DNA of 30,024 bases from Cyanobacteriota bacterium (GTDB lineage: Bacteria; Cyanobacteriota; Cyanobacteriia; Cyanobacteriales; Nostocaceae): assembly GCA_046045965.1 (NCBI GenBank), contig JBJOKS010000042.1:1-30024 (forward strand), given 5' to 3'. The stretch's first letter is position 1, and every line of letters begins with the position of its first letter. Shown one piece after another: positions 9,031 through 16,477 of this stretch. Position numbers and translations under genes: made by a program. The notes under the pieces were generated by a model, which worked only from the letters and a program-made list of their open reading frames with translations, searched no databases and was not told the origin of the DNA.

Positions 9031-9444
9031 TCAAACAAATGGATTGATAATTCTCACTTTATTTTCTATTAGCTGATTATGTTGCATATCTTCTGAGTAA
9101 ATGATGGAACATTCACTTAATAAGGCTGTAGCTATAATCAAACTATCCCAATAAGAGTAATTATATTTTGCATTGATTTCTAATGCTTGTATAACTTCTG
9201 TTGTGTTAATTGATTGAATCGCAAAAGTGTTGACTATATCTGATATAATAGTTATTGCGTCTGCTGTGGATGTAAATTTTTTTCTGGTTAAAACGTGAAA
9301 TAATTCACCTAATACCTGAGTGCTAACTAGCAGAGATGAATAATTATTTTTAATTATTTCTGCAACTTGTTGAGATTTTTGAGGAGGATTTTTAGCATAG
9401 AGATAAATCCACAAATTGGTATCGAGAAAGATATTATTTTTCAT
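9031..9444 (-). CDS. vapC: PIN-domain VapC toxin
   Basis: FLDTNLWIY, STQVLGE, SYWDSLI, YSEDMQH. Confidence 0.93.
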   Translation of the reverse strand: MKNNIFLDTNLWIYLYAKNPPQKSQQVAEIIKNNYSSLLVSTQVLGELFHVLTRKKFTSTADAITIISDIVNTFAIQSINTTEVIQALEINAKYNYSYWDSLIIATALLSECSIIYSEDMQHNQLIENKVRIINPFV

Positions 9445-9457
9445 GGTTATCTCTCAA

Positions 9458-9694
9458 TTATCTCTCATAAATCTCTTCTCGATTAAATTTGTAGTCTGGG
9501 GAAAGTGGGAATGAGTAGTTATTGACTTTCGCTAAGAATTTCTGTATTTTTGATTCTTGAGAATCTGTTGGTTGTGCAGATTCGCTGGGTTCAATAATCA
9601 TAATTTGTATGGTTTTACCTTCTAATTCGGAACTTAGTTTTTCACTTAAAATAAGTTCGCCGTTGGTACAGGTTGCTTGGATGATTTGCAGCAT
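9458..9694 (-). CDS. Putative VapB-type antitoxin
   Basis: 78 aa directly upstream of vapC; C-terminal FNREEIYER typical of antitoxins paired with this PIN subfamily; TATAAT on the minus strand at 9741-9746. Confidence 0.8.
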   Translation of the reverse strand: MLQIIQATCTNGELILSEKLSSELEGKTIQIMIIEPSESAQPTDSQESKIQKFLAKVNNYSFPLSPDYKFNREEIYER

Positions 9695-9778
9695 TATTAA
9701 TTGTTTAAACTCCTAAATTAAGTCATTTGGGTATGATTTTATTATAACCTATTGCTGTTAGCTAGAGTTTTTGTGAAT

Positions 9779-9884
9779 TTTCGTGAGGTGATTTTCTGAA
9801 TATTGTTTTCTCTATCATGGCGGTTTTTGTCATTTTCTGCTATTGGGAGAAAACACTATTGATGATGGTTGAGTGGTTTGGGTG
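9779..9884 (-). repeat. Degenerate duplicate of the parD leader/promoter (10891-11003)
   Basis: About 100 bp direct repeat; start codon changed (CAT to CGT on + strand) and operator palindrome decayed. Confidence 0.85.
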
Positions 9885-9886
9885 AC

Positions 9887-9916
9887 GTTGGGTTTGTTTG
9901 TGTTAACCCAACCTAC
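9887..9916 (-). repeat. GTAG REP-like hairpin
   Basis: GTTGGGTTTGTTTGTGTTAACCCAACCTAC. Confidence 0.85.
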
Positions 9917-9928
9917 TCGCTAACTTAA

Positions 9929-10147
9929 TTATGAACTTACTAAAACTTCTGTTTCTCGGTCTAAAACTGTAAGTGCTTCTTGAATTAATTCAACTTCACG
10001 AGCTTCAAAAAGTGATTCACCGCACTGCTCACAAACCCATGCGGGAATAGCATCCCAAGAAATATGATAGCCTTTTCTATCAATGGTAAAAGGGGCTGTT
10101 CCTCGGTGCATTTTACCTTTACAATATAAGCAGTAGAAATTATCCAT
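9929..10147 (-). CDS. YgiT-type (MqsA-like) zinc-finger protein
   Basis: CLYC...IPAWVCEQCGE. Confidence 0.88.
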   Translation of the reverse strand: MDNFYCLYCKGKMHRGTAPFTIDRKGYHISWDAIPAWVCEQCGESLFEAREVELIQEALTVLDRETEVLVSS

Positions 10148-10407
10148 TATTTATATATCTCACTTCGATGTCCCACTCTGTCAATAAAAATAATTCTTTG
10201 GTCAGGATCAAATTCATAAATAACTCGGTAATCTCCAACTCTCATTTTAAAGAAACCGGATAAGTCAGCAGTCAAGGGTTGGGGTGTAATTTGGTCGAAA
10301 TTTCCAGCTAACCAATTAATTTTATTAACTATTCTTTGACAAACTGATTTTGTCAATTTTGCTAAGTCAGCTAGTGCTTCCGGTTCATACTCAACTAGGT
10401 AATTCAT
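10147..10407 (-). CDS. relE: RelE/ParE-superfamily toxin (RelE/StbE-like)
   Basis: ALADLAKL, FKMRVGDYRVIY, VGHRSEIY. Confidence 0.92.
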   Translation of the reverse strand: MNYLVEYEPEALADLAKLTKSVCQRIVNKINWLAGNFDQITPQPLTADLSGFFKMRVGDYRVIYEFDPDQRIIFIDRVGHRSEIYK

Positions 10408-10622
10408 CTGTTTTCTAATCCTAGTCTTTGCATAACTTCTGCGGTGGAAATACCTCTGACACCTGTTTCTCTGCGCTTCCGAATTGCTAATAATTCTTGT
10501 TTAAAATTATCTTTTATAGTTTGGTTTGTATCTGGGTCTGTTAGCAGTTCTTCTATGGTTTCTCTAACTGTTTCTCGAATGAGGTCTTTAAGTTGCTCAA
10601 TAGTGAGTTCGTTAACTTGCAT
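10404..10622 (-). CDS. Putative antitoxin of RelE
   Basis: 72 aa with a 4-bp ATGA overlap with relE; C-terminal ISTAEVMQRLG. Confidence 0.8.
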   Translation of the reverse strand: MQVNELTIEQLKDLIRETVRETIEELLTDPDTNQTIKDNFKQELLAIRKRRETGVRGISTAEVMQRLGLENR

Positions 10623-10635
10623 GGTGGTGACTGAG

Positions 10636-10896
10636 TTAAGGGTTATTTCTCAATTTTAGTTTATCCCGCACTGCTTGACGGATATCTTCCCAGTCTTGTG
10701 CTGTCATTTCTGTAGCTTCTCCAGAGTTCAAACCTTCTAAAAGCATGGTTTGTAGTTGTTCTTTTGCTCTCTGTTTTTGGTCTTGTCGCACTAATTCCCG
10801 AAAGTATTCGCTGACACTGCTGTAACCACCTTGCGCTACTAGTTCTTCTACGTAAGCTCGCATGGTGTCAGGTAAGGAAATATTCATGCTTTTCAT
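10636..10896 (-). CDS. parD: ParD-like ribbon-helix-helix antitoxin (CC2985 family), with no parE
   Basis: MNISLP...GGYSSVSEYFRELVR...LLEGLNSG. Confidence 0.9.
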   Translation of the reverse strand: MKSMNISLPDTMRAYVEELVAQGGYSSVSEYFRELVRQDQKQRAKEQLQTMLLEGLNSGEATEMTAQDWEDIRQAVRDKLKLRNNP

Positions 10897-10928
10897 AAGG
10901 TGACTTTCTGAATGTTCTTTTCTATATT

Positions 10929-10955
10929 ATGGCAGCTTTTGTCATTTTCTGCCAT
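10929..10955. promoter_or_regulatory. Putative ParD operator palindrome
   Basis: ATGGCAG-N13-CTGCCAT about 33 bp upstream of the parD ATG. Confidence 0.55.
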
Positions 10956-11103
10956 TGGTAGATGGTAGAAAACAATATTGATGATGGTTGGGTGGTTTGG
11001 GTGTGTGGTTTTCTTTTGTCAACTTATTTAATGAACCACGAAGACACGAAGTACACGAAGGAAGAAAAGAAGAGAGTAAGAGATTTGATTTTTATATCAT
11101 TAT

Positions 11104-11134
11104 TGTTGGGTTTCCTTGCATCAACCCAACCTAC
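11104..11134 (-). repeat. GTAG REP-like hairpin
   Basis: TGTTGGGTTTCCTTGCATCAACCCAACCTAC; 1 mismatch to the 8984-9014 copy. Confidence 0.9.
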
Positions 11135-11140
11135 AAACTA

Positions 11141-12025
11141 CTATCGCTCAATCATTCTACTAGCTGCTGATATTCCACGCCAAAAATTAAGGGCTGTTTT
11201 AGTTCTATGTTCAGTATGACGACGTAATGCTGTTGCTATCACCTTACCATAAGGAGATCGTAAATTTTCTGCTATTTGACGCGGTGTACCATTTAAAATC
11301 TCATTCCTTGTAAATTGTGGAATCTCTCCAAGAAGTACACTTAATAGCAATAAACCACAGTGATATATATCAACTTGTTTTCCAATTACACCATATTCAA
11401 TTGGTTTTAAATATTCTGGTGGAAGCATCCATTGCGCTAATATTGTATTGAAAATATTGATATTAGTCTCTAAGTTACTAATTCCCAAATCTGCAATTTT
11501 AAATATAGAAATTGGATCTTTATTATCAATCATTCTATCATGTAACTGTAATATAAAAACGTTATCATGATGAATATCTTTGTGAACATAACCAGCATTA
11601 TGTATGAAGTGAATTCCTTGCAATACCTCCCGTGCTATATGTGGCAACCAAAGCTCACCTTCAAAATCTGGTATCTGAATTAAATTTTTTAGAGTAGCAT
11701 GACAACGCTCTATAATTAAGTAAAAAGTATGATTGTGTTCAAAAGCATCATAGACAAAAGTAATATTTGGATGGCGAAAAAGTAATAGTTTATTTAGCTC
11801 TTCTAACCATTTATCTCTAACTTGTTCGTATGTCTGATTTTGTGGTACAAGTATTTTGGCTACAAGATCATTATTCCATTCATCAGTACATTCATATACT
11901 TCTCCAAAGTGACCTTTGCCAATTTTTTCCCCAATGAAGTACATTATTCCATTGTGTGGAATTATTTCACCATGTTGAGGTGGACGAAAAAATTTTGGAG
12001 TTTGAAAATTGAATTGATTAATCAA
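11141..12025 (-). CDS. Stand-alone Hanks-type Ser/Thr protein kinase
   Basis: GKGHFG, VAK, HKDIHHDN, ADLG, PPE, DIY; no TM or sensor domain; TTG start uncertain. Confidence 0.9.
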   Translation of the reverse strand: MINQFNFQTPKFFRPPQHGEIIPHNGIMYFIGEKIGKGHFGEVYECTDEWNNDLVAKILVPQNQTYEQVRDKWLEELNKLLLFRHPNITFVYDAFEHNHTFYLIIERCHATLKNLIQIPDFEGELWLPHIAREVLQGIHFIHNAGYVHKDIHHDNVFILQLHDRMIDNKDPISIFKIADLGISNLETNINIFNTILAQWMLPPEYLKPIEYGVIGKQVDIYHCGLLLLSVLLGEIPQFTRNEILNGTPRQIAENLRSPYGKVIATALRRHTEHRTKTALNFWRGISAASRMIER

Positions 12026-12144
12026 GATAAATTTAACCTAAATCATCAAATACTTATAATAACAAACTTATCGAGTAATATATCTGGAATGCAGTATTAA
12101 ACTATATTACGCTTTACGCTAAGTGGGTTATTAATGGTTGGTAT

Positions 12145-12173
12145 TGTTGAGTTTTGTTCCTCAACTTAACCAC
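12145..12173 (-). repeat. Degenerate GTAG REP-like unit
   Basis: TGTTGAGTTTTGTTCCTCAACTTAACCAC aligns to the family consensus. Confidence 0.6.
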
Positions 12174-12204
12174 TAGTTATTACCAACATACTCTACCATA
12201 ATTT

Positions 12205-12534
12205 TTAATTTTTCCTTAAATATTCTGCTATATCTTCATTTAAAGCTTGTTTGAGAAGCTCATTTGTATGATTTGTTGGATAATTTTTAAATATGATATA
12301 AGCAGAACTTAGCTTATTAAGCTTCCATAAATTAGCTGACAAATACTTTTGATTTTCATTTTGTGGATTTTCTAGCAATGATTCTAGAGATTTATGAAGC
12401 AAGTTTTCTCTTATATCATCAGGGGGGTTTTCCTGATATTTAAGCATAATATCTTGTATATCTCGAACCCGTTTTTCAGAAGGTGAAATTTTATAGAACT
12501 CAAACAATATGCTTAGTGCAACATCATAATTCAT
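12205..12534 (-). CDS. Hypothetical protein (AT-rich, helical)
   Basis: 109-aa ATG ORF occupying one cassette slot; no motif recognised. Confidence 0.6.
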   Translation of the reverse strand: MNYDVALSILFEFYKISPSEKRVRDIQDIMLKYQENPPDDIRENLLHKSLESLLENPQNENQKYLSANLWKLNKLSSAYIIFKNYPTNHTNELLKQALNEDIAEYLRKN

Positions 12535-12620
12535 TAGTTTATACCCAATAAAAATTATTATAAATTTAACAAAAAACTACATATACTATAACCGTAAATA
12601 TACTTTATCTAGCGCCAGAT

Positions 12621-12714
12621 TATCTGCGTTCATCTGCGTTCCCCTCCAAAAAAAACCGCAAATGTACGCAACAAACACCAAATCATCCGCGTTTATCTGC
12701 GTACATCTGCGTTC
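12621..12714. repeat. (ATCTGCGTTY) decamer repeat cluster; the same unit occurs at about 25553-25581
   Basis: Direct reading; lies next to the phosphoketolase stop. Confidence 0.75.
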
Positions 12715-12717
12715 TAA

Positions 12718-14931
12718 TTAATGCACCAACTCAATAGCCCGCTTCGTCAACGCTTCCGCAGTCAACCCATTAAACGCCATCAACTCACCAGCACTTGCGG
12801 TAGTCTCCCCACGCTTCCAAGCGAAAATATCCCGCTTACTGGTACTGCGTAACATAATAGGTTCTAACATCGCACCAGCACCACCAGTCACACCAATTAA
12901 CGCATCACCAGCAAACAAACTATCAAATTCTGCATCACTCAAAAACCCACCATCAGCTTCAGAACAAGTATCCCAAGCTGTATCATCAGCACGATATAAA
13001 CGCCGGGGGTTAATAACAGAAATTATCTTCACTCCAATACCTTCTGTCTCTAAAAATGCCGCCGCTTCAAACACTGGAATTAACGTCATATCGCCAATGA
13101 CAGCAAATACAACTTGTTTTCCTCCCGCAACTTCATGTAATAAAATCGCGCCTTTTTCTAACCCTTGTTGTGTTTGTTCTAAAGTTGTTCTAATGGGTAA
13201 AGGTGACTTACTGGCAGTGATAACAATTCCCTTATTTTTTGTTCCTAAAGCCCAGTCATAACAGACTTGAATACTGTTAGCATCGGGGGGAAAAACAGGA
13301 AATACATTACCATTTCTCATCATCGAAGCAAAATAAGCTTCAATTTCTGGTCTTTGGTGTGTCCAACCGTTGCGACCTTGTTCTAAAGCACCCGCAGTAA
13401 ATAATGTAATTGTTGACGGTGTTTTTCTTCTTAATTCTGCCATTGCTTGGGTGACTGTTTGCCAAATTGGTAAACCATTGATGGCAAAAGATTCGTAAGA
13501 ACACCACAAACTTCTCGCACCCATTAAGGATAAACCAACTGCTAAACCTGCACAAGCATCTTCGCTCAAAGGTTCGTAAACTTGACCTCCTGGAGCCTGA
13601 TGATAGGTTTCATCTGCTGTGGGGTGAATGATTTTTAAGGCCTCATTAATATTACCAATTCCTGAAGCAGCGTTACCATCGGCGTTAGTGACTAGGAAGT
13701 TTTTATCTTTATTTCCGATTATTCCTACTAACCTTCCCATTGCCGTTGTGGAAACTTTTGGATCTCCCCCAACTGCATATTCTTCTAATGGTAATTCCCC
13801 GATGTCTGCTAAAGGTAATTCAAATTCTGTAACTACTGTTTTCGCTGCGGGTCCACCTCCGGCACGTTCGGCGTTTGTGCGGACTGTTTGCCATGCTTCC
13901 ACAGATAAAGCGCGTTTTTGTAAAGCTGTGACAATGTGAGGGGCGGTTAAAGTATCTTGAGGATAGAGGTTGTGAGATTTTGCCCCTAATGCGTGAACAC
14001 CCGCGCCTTTGAGTTGTTTAATGATAAATACCGTTAATGTGCCACTCAAAGCGGAACGGGCAGCTTTATCAACGCCTACTAATACCGCTTTGGTAAATTC
14101 TAACCGTTTTTGGAAGGAGAAAATGGTACTATCTACGTAATCTCCCGGTTGGTTTTGGTCGTCAAATTCCTTGGCATCCACTATCACAACTTCCGCAAAA
14201 CCGTTACCTTTCCAATAAGCGATCATCTCATCGGTGGTTTTTAATGATACCATGCTATGATGCTCTTGGCTGTAACCGTTCCAAACTAGGATAGGTAGGA
14301 AATTGGTGACTTTGGGGTAAGCGGTGTTAAAATGCGCCATTGCACTCATGATGTAGGGTTCACCTAGTCCCCCATCTCCCACTGTGAAGGGGAAGAGTTT
14401 GTCACGGTGCAGGAGTGCAGCAGACATGGCGAAATGTTGCCCTTGTCCCAATGGACCCGCAGGGGCGAGAATACCAGGAATGTAACCGGATAGGTGTCCA
14501 ATTAAACCGTGTTTTTCCCGAAAGCGATCGCGTAATTGTTGTACTGTAGAAATGCCCATGTCTTCTAAGGAACGATCCAAAAACATGGCACTATAAAAAC
14601 CGGGGGCGTGGTGTCCAACTTCAGTGATAATATTCTTATGTCCCAGCATGACCAAAGCTGCATAAGCTTCCGCTTGGCTGGCAAAACCGCCAGGATGCCC
14701 AGAAGCCTTACTACCAGTGATTTGTAGCGTTAGGTAGCGGAGAGCATCAGCAGCGAGTAAGGTTTGATATACTGCACTTGGATCTGTTGGTGAGGCGATC
14801 GCACCTTTGCCCGATTCTATCACTGGCGTTGCACCATAAGTTTCAAAATCTGGCAACGCTTCCCCAAAATATTGAATACCCTCGCAAAAATTGGGAACTG
14901 TGGAAGATGCCTTTGTCGTAGTAGCTGTCAT
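12718..14931 (-). CDS. Phosphoketolase/transketolase-like ThDP-dependent enzyme
   Basis: SGHPGG, GPLGQG, ThDP motif GDGG...WNG, LSEDAC, SYESF, QGRNGWTHQ. Confidence 0.88.
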   Translation of the reverse strand: MTATTTKASSTVPNFCEGIQYFGEALPDFETYGATPVIESGKGAIASPTDPSAVYQTLLAADALRYLTLQITGSKASGHPGGFASQAEAYAALVMLGHKNIITEVGHHAPGFYSAMFLDRSLEDMGISTVQQLRDRFREKHGLIGHLSGYIPGILAPAGPLGQGQHFAMSAALLHRDKLFPFTVGDGGLGEPYIMSAMAHFNTAYPKVTNFLPILVWNGYSQEHHSMVSLKTTDEMIAYWKGNGFAEVVIVDAKEFDDQNQPGDYVDSTIFSFQKRLEFTKAVLVGVDKAARSALSGTLTVFIIKQLKGAGVHALGAKSHNLYPQDTLTAPHIVTALQKRALSVEAWQTVRTNAERAGGGPAAKTVVTEFELPLADIGELPLEEYAVGGDPKVSTTAMGRLVGIIGNKDKNFLVTNADGNAASGIGNINEALKIIHPTADETYHQAPGGQVYEPLSEDACAGLAVGLSLMGARSLWCSYESFAINGLPIWQTVTQAMAELRRKTPSTITLFTAGALEQGRNGWTHQRPEIEAYFASMMRNGNVFPVFPPDANSIQVCYDWALGTKNKGIVITASKSPLPIRTTLEQTQQGLEKGAILLHEVAGGKQVVFAVIGDMTLIPVFEAAAFLETEGIGVKIISVINPRRLYRADDTAWDTCSEADGGFLSDAEFDSLFAGDALIGVTGGAGAMLEPIMLRSTSKRDIFAWKRGETTASAGELMAFNGLTAEALTKRAIELVH

Positions 14932-15060
14932 GCTGAGTACCTTAATAAAAAGCCAATAAACTGGATAAGCTCGTTTAATGTAACCAAAATTTTACATCTT
15001 CGCGGTTATAACAGTGAATTGCTTTTTCGTAATCTCAGCATAAGCAACTTCAATTTGACT

Positions 15061-15085
15061 CTCTGCATCCTCAAGGGGTGCAGAG
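15061..15085. other. GC-rich hairpin (terminator or IS200/IS605-type end remnant)
   Basis: CTCTGCATCC-tcaag-GGGTGCAGAG preceded by TTGAC. Confidence 0.35.
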
Positions 15086-15181
15086 GGCTTTCTCACAGGA
15101 AAAGGAAAAGTTATGTTAACAGACATGAATAATAAAACTCTTGTGGTGCGGGCATATTGCCCGCCATGTACCTCACAAGAG

Positions 15182-15445
15182 TTAAACTACTAAATAGACA
15201 TCTATTCCCGAAAAATCAACTGTAAAAAGCTTGTTGTCATCAAAATTCGGGGTTATGTAATATGTACTTAATAAGCTATTCAACTCATCATAAAACATAT
15301 TCAGAGAGAAAGCCATTAAACCACTATTACATAAAGGAATAAGAGTATTACCTCCCGATGTTGACTCCATTTCTTGTAAACTTAGCTTCTGAAAAAGTCT
15401 ATTTACTTCAACAGAACTTAATTCATGATTAATGATTGCAGCCAT
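15182..15445 (-). CDS. Double-glycine-leader peptide precursor 2
   Basis: Leader ...LFQKLSLQEMESTSGG (32 aa), 55-aa core with FDDNKLFTVDFS. Confidence 0.8.
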   Translation of the reverse strand: MAAIINHELSSVEVNRLFQKLSLQEMESTSGGNTLIPLCNSGLMAFSLNMFYDELNSLLSTYYITPNFDDNKLFTVDFSGIDVYLVV

Positions 15446-15601
15446 TGTCTTAATTTCCCAAATCCAGAAATGAGCAGGTGTAAAAAATTACGAGAGTTAA
15501 TATGAAGGGTAAAATCTCTGAAAAAATGCCCTAAAAAAATAGTTCTACCGTCAACTAACTAAAAATATCGTAATTTTAGCACCTGAATCCTTGCTGATTA
15601 A

Positions 15602-15856
15602 TTACCACGAATTTATGACAACGAATATTGACCTGGAATAGTCTACAGTGCCGACCTTATTATCCCGGATGCCACCATCTACACCTTTAACATCACCAGT
15701 CCCTGTAGTCTCCACGTTTCCAGTATTACCCGATATAAAATAATTATTGACGCTCCCACCACTACCACCAGATACAGTCTCTGTTTCAACCACAGATAGC
15801 TCACGAAAAAGGCTTTCTGCATTATATTTTAACTCTGCAATTACTATTTTTTTCAT
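15602..15856 (-). CDS. Double-glycine-leader peptide precursor 1
   Basis: GAGG RBS before ATG 15856; leader MKKIVIAEL...LFRELSVVETETVSGG (31 aa), 53-aa G/N/T/V-rich core with IRDNKVGTVDYS. Confidence 0.85.
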   Translation of the reverse strand: MKKIVIAELKYNAESLFRELSVVETETVSGGSGGSVNNYFISGNTGNVETTGTGDVKGVDGGIRDNKVGTVDYSRSIFVVINSW

Positions 15857-15966
15857 TGTTTTATCCTCTAAATTAGGAGTTAATTCCATTCAAATGTTTT
15901 TGCATAACTAGATTTAAAATAATACAAATTTCCGATAGATATAAAGCTTTATGCACATGAACATAG

Positions 15967-16221
15967 GACATAAAACCGAGAGTTTTGTCTAAAAATTTAA
16001 TTCGTGTGTTTTTATATTTTTCAATCCCCATCATAGGAAATTCCCATATTAAAAATATTTTTAGATATTATGTCAGAACCTAAACCACAGGATTTTGTCT
16101 GAAATTTTTACCTTTATATATTGAGATGACCAAATTAAATTAATACAAAATGTCGATATCATAAGGTTTTAAGCATACTCTTTTCAGACATAAATCCAAG
16201 GATTTTGTCTAGAAACTTAAT
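15967..16221. promoter_or_regulatory. Three operator-like direct repeats with 110-bp period
   Basis: GACATAAA-N8-TTTTGTCT type units; TTTTGTCT ends at 15990, 16100 and 16210. Confidence 0.7.
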
Positions 16222-16477
16222 GCTTTGATAGTAATTCTGAGGATAGATTCCCATGCTGACATCTTGCAAAGAACAATTAATATCGTGTCTGGTTAAAAAC
16301 TTATCATTAAGGTAACATGGAAGAAATGATTTCCTCCTGCCTTCTGCCTTCTGCTTCTCCTGCCCCAATTCGTGAATTTATCCTGGTATTATCATTAAAT
16401 CACCCAGTTGTCAATGAGTACATTTTTCATATATTGCTATATAGTAAATATAAATTTTTATGAAGCGAGGGCTAGGA

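Noticed and set aside
9446..9460. GGTTATCTCTCAATT matching GGTTATTTCTCAATT at the parD 3' end (10641)
   Set aside because: Only 15 bp in AT-rich DNA; could be chance
10962..11219. Plus-strand ORFs 10962-11219 and 10988-11170
   Set aside because: Made of the duplicated leader, an ACACGAAG repeat and a REP; they overlap the kinase antisense
14980..14995. Possible NtcA site upstream of the phosphoketolase gene
   Set aside because: GTA and TAC are separated by 10 nt, not the required 8
15967..16221. Possible degenerate CRISPR array (regularly spaced repeats)
   Set aside because: Only three poorly identical units, about 75-bp spacers, no cas genes or typical repeat ends
16159..16368. 69-aa minus ORF upstream of the peptide genes
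   Set aside because: Starts in a CTGCCTT repeat, has no GG leader and overlaps the operator-like repeats
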